Part shown: positions 40,988 through 53,687 of the stretch, in pieces
Layout of the letters: every line of letters begins with the position of its first letter
Position numbering within the stretch: the first letter of the stretch is position 1
Origin: the human T2T-CHM13v2.0 reference genome, Homo sapiens
DNA: 64,000 nucleotides
Assembly (NCBI RefSeq): GCF_009914755.1
Contig: NC_060927.1
Reading direction: 5' to 3' (one strand)
Made by a program: the position numbers and the translations under genes
Notes under the pieces: model-generated
The model's database searches: none
What the model saw: the letters and a program-made list of their open reading frames with translations, nothing else
What the model was told of the DNA's origin: nothing

Positions 40988-43059
40988 AGGAAATTAAGGT
41001 TTAAAAAGACATAAATAGCCTGTCTTTATGATAATGCTTCTTTATAATATTTATCTATTGATTATCATCTATTTCACAAGGCTGGCAAACATTTTGCTAA
41101 ATTTAGGGCTAGCAAACAATTCAATGTAATCACATTGTCAAGTACATATACCTATATTTCAAAATTAAACTAATCAGTAAGCTAACAACAAACACACTTA
41201 CATTTGGGACAGTTCCAAAACCTAGAAACATATTTGTGTTAGCGCATGAAAATTATTTATAAAATTAGTTTTTATTAACTTGTATAAGGGACTGTGTACT
41301 ATGTGATATAACATAGCATTGTAAACCAAAGAAACTCCAAAATTTCTATTTGCTAATTCCAATATAGAAAAAAAACAAAGCTTCAATTTCAAGCCTTCTC
41401 TATTGCAGCTATTTTACAAATATTTGTTGTTTGCTGTTTTCTTAAAAAGTCATCATGGAAGTTTTCACACCCATAACAAAAGTCTATCTCAGGGCTTACT
41501 TGCTTTAGGACTTTCTTATTTCTGACGTAAGTCTTTCCTTCTACCATTTCAGCATTGTTCTATCTGAGGCTCCAGAAATAAATATGTAGCTAGGTAGATA
41601 AATAGATAAATCTACTCGGTACCATCCTTACAATAATTTTTGCTTACTCAATTTTAAATTTCTCCAGAATCAATTACTTAAATCACAATTAGATTCAATG
41701 ATAAGAAACAAATTTCACTGTTCACTGCATATCACTGAGGTGCCATAAAAATAAACTGTGACCCAGAGTGCCTTTAAAGGTGAGAGATTAAAACTGCTGT
41801 TAGACCATTTTTAATTTGAGCAACTAAGAGGTTATTTAAATCAGGATTATAATATATTGTTATAGTAAGTCATTTTTTACTATTATGGCTTTATTATATT
41901 GTTTATATCTAAAACTGATCATAGGGACTTTTTTGATCAGATTAATTAATAGTCAATTCATAAATATTGATTACACATCTATGATTAACAGGCATTTAAC
42001 CCAACATCTAATTTACCTATTTTCCAATGTTCTCAGGCATTTCTTACTAATCAAGCTTAAATTAAATTTTTTTAAAATTATCTAATTTCTTTGGTGGCTT
42101 TCATTAAGTTTAGCTAGTAAAATTAATCAGAAACAAATTTAATTACTAATAATTATTTTGAATTTCCCATATGATATATTTAAAGGAAAAGGAGGAACAT
42201 TCTTTATTCTTTATCTTAAGCCTATCACTCAGAAAAATACATATCAGTAACAGATTCAGCTTTCAAAATTGCATTTTTTTGTTCTAATCTGCTACACTTT
42301 TAATAGTGAATTGAAAACTTTGTTGGGTAAATCCACATGCTATGATGATTTCCTCTTTAAACACGTCCAAACTTGTTCTGGTGCTACTTGTTTGATCTAA
42401 TATCATGTTCGGACGGAACATCTACATGGTTTTTTAAATACACATTTTGGTCAAATTGTAGGGTCTAACGTCAGCATAATATTTGTGTGGTTTTCCAACA
42501 GCAAAGTTCAAATAAGCTCCTTAGCCCTCTAACCTCTGGAAAGCAAGCTGCAGCATGATGCACATCAGACATTGTAAGATGTATTTCTATGTTACCCATT
42601 AAAATGTTGGCATATATCAGACAGTTCAGTGAAATTCAGACCAATGCAATCAGAATGAAACATGAACTTATGTTTAATGTCACCTAGGTTTGAATCACTT
42701 CCCCTGGATTCCCCTACAGTTTCTCTGAGGCTTTTCATTTGTATGTCTTTTAAAAATATATACATTGGTCATTATAGTTTATGATTTAAGAATATTGCTG
42801 TAAAAAGAGAGCTGCTAAATATACCACATATATACTACCACCAATTTCCAAAGCAAGGGGACAACATTCCAAGTACAAGAAAAGCCCAAAGATAAGAATG
42901 AACCTATCACCGCACATCTGGGAAGCATGAAACAATATGCTTAGATGGTGTGGTGAGTGGTTGTTAACAAACGGTAGGAAGAAAAGCCAGAAGAGCTCAG
43001 GTAAACTCAGATTATAAAGTCCTAAATATTACTTTGAGGTGTTAAATTAATTAATTGTA

Positions 43060-43350
43060 ATGCTTCATCGAACAGTTAATTTGGCAGGCACAATGCTGTG
43101 TAATGACGGTTCAGATTTGAAAAAAGATAGGAGACCCGCTGTCAAGGAACTCACCGTCTCTTAGGGAGAGAGGCATGAAAACAGTGCCCCGTAGTATGAC
43201 AAGAACTGTAATATACAACTGTTTCATTGCATGTTTAAATGCAATAAAAACTTGAGGAAAAGATTTATTCAATCTTCCTACGAAAAGGAGAGAATAAAGG
43301 CGTCACAAACAGATCTCAGTTAGCCCAGGTGTTGAAAATAAGTGATTGTT
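43060..43350 (-). mobile_element. L2 fragment
   Basis: gcaggcacaatgct...cccgctgtcaaggaactcaccgtct...gggagagaggcat. Confidence 0.55.
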
Positions 43351-44500
43351 TTACTGTTCATATTTTTGCAGCGGGACTAAGTGATTACAAAAATCCAGAG
43401 GTAGATACTTAAGTTCAGACAGCACTCTGTCAAATCATGCTATGAATTACTCTCTTCTTTCTAAGGGTTGCAACGATAGATAAAATACACTTTCAAAAAT
43501 AAAATTTGAGATAGTACCATGTTTGTATTTGACCAGAACAAAAATGTACAGGGGCAACTGTGGACTGCAGCCAATGTCTTCTAGACTAGTACCAGAAAGA
43601 GACTGAGGCAATTAATTTAATCTACTACAGGATATGTATGTGTGTATGTATGTCAGGTGACATAAGCCATGTTTATTACATTGAATCAGAAGCCAGGATG
43701 GGCTGCTCCAAACTGTGAAAGAAGTCTAAAAAGCTGCGACTATTGCTGTGGTGACTTCTTTGGTAAAATCATGCGTATGGGATGATGAGATAAAGGAAAC
43801 AAGCCATACACCTTATGACATGAGCCAAGCCACCAGGGATTTGGTGAGGGAATAATCCTTTCCACAGTTTTGCTCACAGGAGAGTAGCACCTGGTTGTAA
43901 ATATTAGATCTGGTTTTGGACTAAAGAATGAGGAGATAGGAATCCTGCAAAATAGCTACACTGGATCCAATTGGTACAGAGATTAAGAAAATAACAACAA
44001 CAAAAGAAAATTCCTACTCAAAATGAGACCACAAGCAAAAGGTTTAAAGCCCAGAAGGACAATTAAAATTAAGAGGACCACACTTTCCCTACCATATAGT
44101 AGATTAGATAGAGTAACCGTCTTGACTAAAGCTATAATAATGCTGCATAAAATGTTGTAAGGGTCCACACATTCACAGACATGCACAAACAAACACATCT
44201 TCTAAGACTCACTAAAATAGAGACACAATGAGCAAAATACACAAATAAAACAGGTACCCTGAGAAATGGAGGATTGCACAGCCAGCCTTCATTCTGAGGG
44301 TGTCCACCAAACCTCCATCAAAGTGGAAAAAGTACTTTGATGACTACATGTGATATGACAGAAGAAGATAAAGTTTGGGAAATTCCTAAGTTGACATCCC
44401 TCAGCTAAACTGGGACCTCAAAGGACTCTACAGAGACTATAAGGGTAAATAAAAAGCAAATGAGTGACAGACAAAAGTAAGGAAAGAATTTGACCTTCTA

Positions 44501-44785
44501 AGCTGGGCGAAGTGGCTCACACCCATAATCCCAGCACTTTGGGAGGTAGAGGCCAGCAGGTCACTTGAGGTCAGGGGTTCAAGACCAGCCTGGCCAGAAT
44601 GGTGAAACCCCATCACTACTAAAAATGCAAAAATTAGCCGGTGTGGTGAATCTGGACATGAGAATCTCTTGAACCCAGGAGGCGGAGGTTGCAGTGAGCA
44701 GAGATTGTACCCCTGCACTGCAGCCTGGGGAACACAGCAAGACTCCATCTCAGAAAAAAAAAAAAAAAAAGGAAGAAAAAAGAAC
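44501..44785 (+). mobile_element. Alu (AluS-like) with right-arm internal deletion
   Basis: gctgggcgaagtggctcac...poly-A; TSD agaatttgacct at 44485-44496 and 44786-44797. Confidence 0.95.
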
Positions 44786-44861
44786 AGAATTTGACCTCTC
44801 ATTTCTGCCACAAAGTGGAAGAGGAAGAAAAAAAAGGTAATCTTCCCCTATAATTCTTTCA

Positions 44862-45150
44862 TAAATTTTTAATTGAAGGTAACTTTCATATATTAAAATT
44901 CAAAAATTGAAAATATACAGATATTTGCATTTTGCATTTAAATAAAACAGGTAAGATGAAAGGATACAGAAATTTCTATCACCCCAGAAAATTTCCCCAT
45001 GCATCTTTCCAGTCAATACGTCCTCTATCCCTGAGGTAACTATTATTCTGGCTTTTAGCATTACAGATTAGTTTTGCTTGTTCTTGAACTTCATGTACAT
45101 AGAATCACATAGTATGTTCAGTGTTGTGTTTGAATTTCTTCACTCACTTT
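44862..45150 (-). mobile_element. Old L1M (MB/ME-type) 3' UTR fragment
   Basis: ttctatcaccccagaaaatt...agattagttttgcttgttcttgaacttcat..tagaatcacatagtatg. Confidence 0.75.
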
Positions 45151-45993
45151 GATAGGCAAAATAATGGGCCCCCCAAACAATTGCTTCACCTACATTCAGA
45201 GGCAAATTTCTCATCATGATTTTCCACTGAATTTAAGGAATAAATTTATTTTTGAATTTATTATTAAATTTAAATTTATTTATTATTGAATTTATTCCTT
45301 AAATTCGTTAGTCTTGGAGGAACATATCAGGGCATCTTCCATCATGAGGAAGACTCCAGTGGTGAGTCATAAAGAAAAAAGAAAATTAATATACCTCTTT
45401 CTGCTGCACGTCTGGCGTACAGTGTTCCTTTTACAGATGCCTGGGTTATTATTCTACCTTCCCTGCCACAAAATTTGTGTGCCCCACTGCTCTATCTATA
45501 AAAATATTTTTTCAATAATCACCTGCTCATACCCAGACTTGTCAAGAAACATCAAATGCAAGAGGGACAAAGGCATTATAAAACTTACATAAACCCATAA
45601 TGTCACCCATTGTGGCCTTTGTATGCTACTTAGTGGTATTCAGCAAGTAGCATATTTCAACCAAGTAATAATCATTCTTATCTTTTATGTCTACGTCAAT
45701 CTAACTAAAGGATGCAAGTTTGAACGTGAAGTTAGTTTGAATCCCCTAAGCCCCATTTTGGCTGAGGGGCTATTTGGAGGGTGCACCAAACAGCCAAGAC
45801 TGGGTTGCTGTTTGAGACGTTAAGGAAAAAATTAGACACTTTTCGAAATACAGTAAGGCAGATTTTACTCAGGACCTTCAGGATAGATATAGGGATTGCT
45901 GCAACAGGATTTTGCAGTGGGTAAAAGTTGGGTTCAACTTCAAATGCTGCATGGGCAAGTGGGAATTTATAGCAAAGGAACAGTGTAGAGGTC

Positions 45994-46384
45994 TGTATTT
46001 ACTAGTTCTTGCATTGCTATAAGGAAATACCTGAGACTGGGTAATTTATCAAGAAAGGAGGCTTATTTGGCCCATGGTTCCACAAGCTCTACAAGAAGCA
46101 TGATGCTGGTATCTGCTCAGCTTCTAGGGAGGCCTTAGAAAACTTTCAAACATGGTGGAAGATAAAGGGGTAGCAAAGAACTTCACATGGCCAGAGTAGG
46201 AGGAAGAGTCAGGGGAAAGGAGCTACATACTTTTACACAACAAGATCTCACAAGAATGCTGTCACAAGAATAGCACCAAAGGAGGAAATTCACCCCCACG
46301 ACAGGCCCCACCTCCAGCATTGGTGATTACAATTTGACAATTCAACATGAGATTTGGGTGGGGACACAGATCCAAACCATATCA
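45994..46384 (-). mobile_element. MST-type MaLR solo LTR
   Basis: tgtatt..cattgctataaggaaatacctgagactgggtaattta...gagatttgggtggggacacagatccaaaccatatca; 5-bp TSD aggtc / aggtt. Confidence 0.92.
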
Positions 46385-46496
46385 AGGTTGGTGGATGGAA
46401 AATTACTAAAAGAAAACAGGGTTAATGGAAATTATGGCTAACACAATTTAACAGGAGTCTTGCTGACAGCACGTCGAGGTGATTGGACAGCACCTG

Positions 46497-47198
46497 TGTA
46501 ATGCCAAAGGTTCTTGCCTTAGTCAAAGAATTGGTGTGGCGGCTGCCCGCGGCGAGTGGTGGAGACAGGGACCAAGAGAAGAAAAAGCTGTAGGCTTTAT
46601 CGAGCAGTGACAGTACAAAGCTTCCACAGCGTGGAAGGGGTCCCGAGTGGGTAGCCAGAGTTCAATTATGCAGTTGCCTTTTAAACTCTTTAAGGCGGGA
46701 AATATGTGCAGAGGGAAGATGTTACCAGAGCGAGAAACAAAGGCAGTAAATTATTTTGTGACATGTCTTAGATTTTGAGGAAAACCAGAATTATAACTTA
46801 GGTTTTATTTACTTTATGACCTTGCAGCAGCCTGGCAAAGGAGACAGGATCTTACAGGACTTTACAAAGTATGTTCACAAGGAATTGGAATTGGGAGCAT
46901 AGATAAGGTCTGCTGGTCACAGAAAAATGTGCAGTTAACATTCCTTTTAGTTTTAGGGGAGGGCGAAGGGAGAGAGGGAGAGAGGACACAGGGAAACTTA
47001 GAGCAAAATTTTTACTGTTTATAGCTTTCTTGGGGAAGAAAACACATGCACAAATCCTGGTGTTAGGAATATTTTAAGTATATATCTTCAATATTATTCA
47101 TCCAGGACCGAAGGAAGTCCTGATGCAAGAAATGAGTGAGTTTCACAGCTTTCTGAGCCCCTACTCGACCCAGGAAGCCCAGCTGGCTCCTTCTCTCA
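46497..47198 (-). mobile_element. ERV1 solo LTR of the HERV9/W/30 group (LTR30-like)
   Basis: TG...CA termini with a perfect 4-bp TSD cctg (46493-46496 and 47199-47202); acaaagcttccacagcgtggaagggg and ctcgacccaggaagcccagctgg motifs; CpGs retained. Confidence 0.82.
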
Positions 47199-47306
47199 CC
47201 TGGGGGATGGTACTTTCTCTCCTCTGAGGAGCCTGATGTTTCCTGAGGAACATCATCAGTTATCAAGGGTGATCACATCTTGTCCCTCATATGAAATGGC
47301 ATAGCA

Positions 47307-47391
47307 CAATCAGCCCTTCATATCTGCAGGTTTCAACCCACAGTTGGTTGAATCTACTGATGCAAAACCCACAGACACAGACGGCTGACTG
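47307..47391. mobile_element. Miniature Tigger-family (TcMar) element consisting almost only of terminal inverted repeats
   Basis: caatcagcccttcatatctgcaggttt ... aaacccacagacacagacggctgactg (imperfect TIRs); internal gttggttgaatc. Confidence 0.7.
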
Positions 47392-47399
47392 CAGATGTT

Positions 47400-48034
47400 C
47401 AGGTAAAGAGCATCATTAGAAATAAAGATAAACGACTGAATCATCAGGATTACACAGCAATGATCAGATTGACATAGCAATTTTAATGTAATATGCACCT
47501 AATAACAAAACCTCAAATTAAAGTAAAAATTGACAGGTCAACAAAGAGATGTGAACAACAATACCACCATTTTAGTAAGAAATTTTAGCATGATTCTTTC
47601 AGGGATAATCACACTAAATAGATGAAAATGAATAAGGATATGTAAGATGTGAATACTTCTATTAACAAATTTTTTTTGGTGAACACTTTTAAAACCTTGA
47701 GTCCTTTTATTGGAAAACACAAAGTCTACTAAAATGTCAGAAACTGTTAGGAAAATATGCCATGTACTTGGCCATAAAACTAGTTTCAACAAATGTCAAA
47801 AGACTGGCATCATGTAAACCACATCTTGTGACCACAATACAATAAATCAATGGAAGTTCATTTTAAAAGTTAGAAACTAATAAAAACAGTAATAACAATA
47901 AAAGTAATAACCTGCTTTACAGGTAAGTTTTGCCAAACATTTAAGAAATAGATAACTGCAATTTATAAAAATATTTACAGAACACAGAAAAAAAAAGAAT
48001 AGCTTCCAAATTATTTTGTGAAAGTGTCATAACC
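47400..48034 (+). mobile_element. Old L1M(E) ORF2 fragments, continuing at ~50810-51000
   Basis: atatgcacctaataacaaaacctcaaa and ggccataaaactagtttcaacaaat (endonuclease region); gctttacaggtaagttttgccaaacatttaagaaa (GFTGEFYQTFK-like). Confidence 0.7.
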
Positions 48035-50744
48035 TGATATTGTTTGGATGTTTTTCCCCTCAAGATATCATGTTGAAATATAATCTCTAATGTTGAAGGT
48101 GGGACTTAGTGGGAGGTGCTGGATCATGGGGCTGATCCCTCATGATTGGCTTAGTGCCACCCCCTTAGTAATGATTGAGTTCACACTCATTTCACACAAG
48201 ATCTGGTTGTGTAAAAGAGCCTGGGGCCTCCCCTTTCTTTTTCTTCCTCCCTCTCTTACCCTGTGACAAAATGACTCCCCTTTTGTCTTCTGCCTTTATT
48301 GGAAGTGTCCTGAGGCCCTCACCAGGAGTCGATGCTGCTACTATGCTTCTTGCAGCCTGTCCCTGTGGTAGAAAAGGGAAGAGCATCTTCAGGAGAAGAG
48401 TGCCAGCAGGCTGCGTAGCAACCATTGCTAGAGAGATTAACATGAGTAAAAGGGAGCCAAGTCCTAGTAGCCAAGACAATGTGAATAAGTCCTTGAAGGC
48501 ATTTCCAAGACCATGGAGACAGCCCCTCCCATCACAGGACCAGAGGTCTAGGAGGAACGCCTGAGTGCCCAGGTACATACAGAACTATAAGCCAAAATAA
48601 ATCTCTTTGCTTTATAAATGACTGAGTCTCAGGTATTCCTTTATAGCAGTGCAAAACAAACTCATGCAGAAAATTAGTACCAAGGAGTGGGATATTGCTA
48701 TAACAGTCCTTGAAGATGCGAAACGTCTTTGGAATAGGGTATTAGACAGAAGTTGGAAGAGTTTGGAAGGCTCAGAAGAAGATAGGAAAATGAGGGAAAG
48801 TTTGGAACATCTTAGAGACTGGTTAAGTGGTTATGACCAAAATGCTGATAGAAATATGGACAGTGAGGGCCAGACTGATGAGGGATCAGATGAAAATGAG
48901 GAAGTTATTAGGAACCAGAGCAAAGAACTTGGTTGCATCATGTCCATGTCCTTGGAATCTGAGGAAGTTTGACCTTGAGAGGGATGACTTGGGGTAACTG
49001 GCTGAAGAAATTTCTAACCAGCAAAGCTTTCAAGATGCTGTGTGGCTACCTCTAACAGCCAACAATCATATATTGGAGCAAAGAAATTACTTAATGTTGG
49101 AACTTATATTTAAAAGAGAAGCAGAGAATAGAAATTTGAAAAAACGTGAAGCCTGGCCCTGTGATAGAGAAGCAAAGAGTCTTTTCAGGAGAAGAATCTA
49201 AGCAGGCTGCAGAGCAACGGTTGCCAGAGAGATTGGCTTGAGTAAAAGGGAGCCAGGTGCTAATATCCAAAACAGTAGGAATAAGGCCTTGAAGGCATTT
49301 CCAAGATCTTGAAGACAGCCCATCCTATCACAAGCACAGAGATCTATGAGGAAAGAGTGGTTTCAGGGCCCAGGCCTGGGGCCCCATTGCCCTGCTCATA
49401 CTTGAGACATTGCTCCCCACATTCTGGCTGCTCCAGCTCCAGCTGCTCCAGCTCCAGCTCCAGCTCCAGCTCCAGCTCCAGCTCAAAGGGCCCCAGAACA
49501 GCTCAGGCTGCCACTCCAGATGGCACAAGCCATAGGTTTGGTAGTTTCCACATGGTGTTAAGTCTGCAGACACACAAAATGTGAGTCTGAGAGAGGCTTG
49601 GCAACCTCCCCCTAGATTTCAGAAGACGTTTTGGAAAGCCCTGGTACCCAGGTAGAAGCCTCCTGCAGGGGCAGAGCCCCCACAGAGAGACTCTACTAGG
49701 GCTGTGCCAAGGAGAAATGTGGGGTCAGAGCTCCCACACAGTCTCCAGTGGGGCACTGCCTAGTGGAGCTGTGGGAAATGGGCTGCTACCCTTCAGGTCC
49801 CAGAATTGTAGAGCCATAGGCACCTTGCATCCTGAGACTGGAAAAGCTGAAGGCACTCAACTCCAATCCATTTGTTTGGGGAACAAACACCAGACATAGG
49901 GGCTGCACCCTGCAAAGCCACAGGGACCGAGCTGCCCAAGGCCTTGGAAGCCCAGTCCTTGTACCAGTGTGCACAGGCTGTGAGACACGGAGTCAAGGGA
50001 GATTATTTTGGACTTTAATGTTCAATATCTGCCCTGCTAATTTTCACACTTGCATGGGGCCTATTGCTCCTTTGTTTTGACCAATTTCTGTCTTTTGGAA
50101 TGGGAATGTCTACTCAATGCCTGCACCACTATTGTGTCTTGGGATTAAATAATTCATATTCGTTTTACAGGATTATAGGTGGAAGTAACTTTGCTTGAGT
50201 CTCAGATGAGACTCAGGACTTTGAACTTAATGCTGGGATGAGTTAAGTCTTTGGAGGGTTGTTGGGAAAAGATTATTGTATTTTGCAATGTGAGAATTAT
50301 ATAAGATCTGGGGGACCAGGGATGGAATGTTATGGTTTGGATGTGTGTCCCCTCCAAATCTCATGTTAAAAATATAATCTCCAGTGTTGGAGGTGGTGCA
50401 CAGTGGGAGGTATTGGATCATGCGGGCAGATCTCTCATGAATGACTTAACATCATCCTCTTGGTAATGAGTTCTTACTCATTAGCTCACACGAGATCTGG
50501 TTGTGTGAAGGAGACTGGGATCTCCCCCTTCTCTCTCTTTCTCCCCATCCTGCCATGTGACATGATTGCTCCTCCTTCAGCTTCTGCCATGATTGGAAGC
50601 TTCTGGTAGCCCTCAACTGGTGCAGGTACTGACACCATGCTTCTGGCACAGCCAGCAAAAGTGTAAGCCAAAATAAACTTGTTTTCTTTATAAATGACCT
50701 AGTGTTAAGTATTCCTTTATAGCAGTGTAAAACAGACTAACACA
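48035..50744 (+). mobile_element. Complete MST-type MaLR provirus: 5' LTR 48035-48668, internal 48669-50327, 3' LTR 50328-50744
   Basis: Paired LTRs (tgatattgtttggatg / tgttatggtttggatg ... tattcctttatagcagtg); internal start gaaaattagtacc; purine-rich tract before the 3' LTR; degenerate TSD taacc / taatt. Confidence 0.93.
49431..49483. repeat. (CTCCAG)n hexamer repeat inside the MaLR internal region
   Basis: About 8 ctccag units. Confidence 0.9.
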
Positions 50745-51841
50745 TAATTTTTTATTGTACTTTAATTTCTCACATAACTTGTATTACTTTGAAAACTTTG
50801 TAACCATTGTAAACTTCATAACAAAACCAAACTGACAATATAGTAAAAGGCAATTACAGTCCATTCCCCCTCAAGAATGTACATGTAAAAATACCACCCG
50901 TAATTCTGGAAAATAGAATCCAACAATGTATGAAAAACAGAAGATAATAAATCGTGACAAAGTTTCACTAATCTCAGAAATGTTGTCTCAATGTCATTGA
51001 GCAAAATCATTGCAAATCTAGAATCACATACCCTTTTATTAGTCAAAAGATCATTGAGGTGAGATTTTTTACCTGTGGTAAAACTACTACAAATCTTTAA
51101 TTTTGTCCCTGTTAAACGGTCAAGGATTAGTGACAAAAAATGGTACCTTTAGATATACAAAAGTAAGAATGATGATGATTATTAGATAATTGCTATAATA
51201 ACTACTAAAAGATATATTCTAGAAGAAAGGAATAGTGAACATAGAGAAACGTTTTAAAATCCATAAAACAATCAGGAGCCAAAATGATTTTTAGTAAATC
51301 CTTGTTGAAGAATAATAACATTAACTATAACTATGTTTAAAAATATAGAAATAAAATGACAGAAAATAATAGAAATGAAGTCAGAGATGTTCAGTGTTAA
51401 TATAGTTCTAAGGATATTGATGTTTTCTTAAGGAGTAAAATAATCTACATTTTGCCCTTTAAACTCATATATATTATATATATAGTTAATCTATATATGT
51501 TATGCGTACCATATATAAGTGTTATACCCTTATATAAGGGTCAGTGGAATTAATGGTTAGTTTGTTGTTTTTCTTTTATGTTGTATTTCACACTTTTCTG
51601 TATTTAAAGTTTTTTTCAGACACAGAAAGTAGGGACACGCATTTGCACGGAGGATTTGTCAAAGAACAGGTAGTTACATATTACTGGAGGATAGAATAAA
51701 GAAGGAAGAATAGACTAGCAATATAGATGGAAAGCAAATTATGGAATCTCTTGTGCAATCATGCAAAGGAGACAGCACTTTCATTAAAAGTTAATAGATT
51801 GCCATGTAACAGTTACAACAAGAGAAGTAATTTTAACAGAT

Positions 51842-52142
51842 TTCTCAGTAAACTATCGCAAGAACAAAAAACCAAACACCGCATATTCTCACTCATAGGT
51901 GGGGACTGAACAATGAGAACACATGGACACAGGAAGGGGAACATCACACTCTGGGGACTGTTGTGGGGTGGGGGGAGGGGGGGAGGGATAGCATCGGGAG
52001 ATATACCTAATGCTAGATGACGAGTTAGTGGGTGCAGCACACCAGCATGGCACATGTATACATATGTAACTAACCTGCACAATGTGCACATGTACCCTAA
52101 AACTTAAAGTATAATAAAAAAAAATGTAAAAAAAAAAAAAAG
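51842..52142 (+). mobile_element. Young 5'-truncated LINE-1 3' end (L1PA2-like)
   Basis: cagtaaactatcgcaagaac..caccgcatattctc, gatgacGAGttagtggg (not the L1HS-Ta ACA), taactaacctgcacaatgtg, poly-A; CpGs intact. Confidence 0.93.
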
Positions 52143-53553
52143 AAAGATAGCTAAAATAGCAAAGTGAGTGACTGATGATACCGCGAAGTTAGAGGCGGAA
52201 AGACAAATAGCATGATACTATAAAGTCCAAGTCAAAGATAATGTTGACCTAAATTAAAATGTTGAGAATGAGTGAAGCTAAAAGGACAATGTTGAAAGTT
52301 ACTTTTGAGGCATCCCTACTTTCTAAAATTCTCCCTCACATGGCAGAATTTGCAGACTGCTTAATAGCTCAGGGGTCATCCTCTATATAACTGCTAGATT
52401 CTGATGTAGAGCATCAAATAATCCACAGTATTGCTAGATATATTAAACATACAATTGCCTTGCTGAAAAGGTGAGTCTTTTAGTTGGCAAAAAGATGGTC
52501 TGGACTTAAGCACTTTTCTAGCATTTTTTTCTATCCTTTAAAGAGGTGCGGTGTCTTTTTCTTTAAGAGCCCGAAACTTAACTTTTCTATTAACTCTATT
52601 ATCAATCATTGTAAAATTTTCCATTTGGTATGCTTGATTCAATAACAATTGAATTGTGTTTCTGTGCAAAGAGGTAATTGGCTTGGCCAAAATCATCCCA
52701 TTTCATTTTCCATCCAAATACATGTTTCAATCAACACCTGAAGATGTTACACAGTGAAATAAAGGAATTTCAAATCTGGTTAAAGGAAATTCATGTCAGA
52801 GGCACTGAGTGAAAACACAGGCTACATAGATAGGTCTGGAGCATTAATTTATCTTATAAAACAAAAGTAGCAAATGTTTCTTCTTCCTCTTTAATAGGAA
52901 GTCAGGCCAGTTGGGAATTGTCCTCAGTTATGCTTCTTCTCTATATAAATTTCCAGTAGAATGTACTGGAAAAAAAAATGCCTGTTAAGGAAAAGGAAAC
53001 ATGCTAGATTAATTAGAAATAAAAATGAGAAAGATTTATAAAATTACCTGGACTTTTCTCCCAACAACTGACTCCAGGGAGCTTTTAACCCCACATTTAT
53101 TTGCACAACATTTATAAATTCTGTGCCATGTTCTATAAACACACTGTCTTCAGACTCACTGAAAAATATATTATATCTATATTTTGACTTCAAAAATTAT
53201 ACCACTCTTAGAGTTTGCTTTTTAGAGCTAAAATAGTAAAGAAAATATTGACCAAGAATATAGATACACGTGTTTAAAAAGCAGTCTCTGAGAGGACTGA
53301 TAAATATATTGTTTATTTAGACTAGAATTAATAGGTCTTCAACTCTTACAAACTAAATGCACAAGGTTGGCCAACAGAATAATTTGTTAAGTTATGTAAT
53401 TTTTGGTAGATGATTTTTTAAGTAGCTAGTTTCTATTTAGACTCAGGACTAGCTTATAGGCCATGATAAATTGATTTTAATATATTTTGCACACCTGCTG
53501 TCCTTGCAGTAAGGAAGATACTCAGCACCCACTGTCAGTGGATATGTGCATGA

Positions 53554-53687
53554 GCACACACACACACACATGCACACACACATGCACATGCACACGCACA
53601 CACACACATGCACACAAACACATGCACGCACAAAAACACACACATGCACACACACGTACACACACATGCACACACACACACATACAC
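53554..53687. repeat. Degenerate (CA)n/(CATG) microsatellite
   Basis: Long interrupted CA tract. Confidence 0.95.

Larger units (their letters stand above)
45818..47285 (-). mobile_element. MER31-like ERV1 LTR in three pieces (45818-45993, 46385-46496, 47199-47285)
   Basis: gttaaggaaaaaatta..gtaaggcagattttactcaggacc..catgggcaagtgggaatttatagc; gtggatggaaaattactaa; cacctgggggatgg re-forms across the inserted LTR. Confidence 0.7.

Noticed and set aside
48175-49584. ORFs of 91-129 aa, including a poly-Ser ORF
   Set aside because: They lie in MST LTR and internal sequence; the poly-Ser comes from a (CTCCAG)n tract. No intact gene is present.
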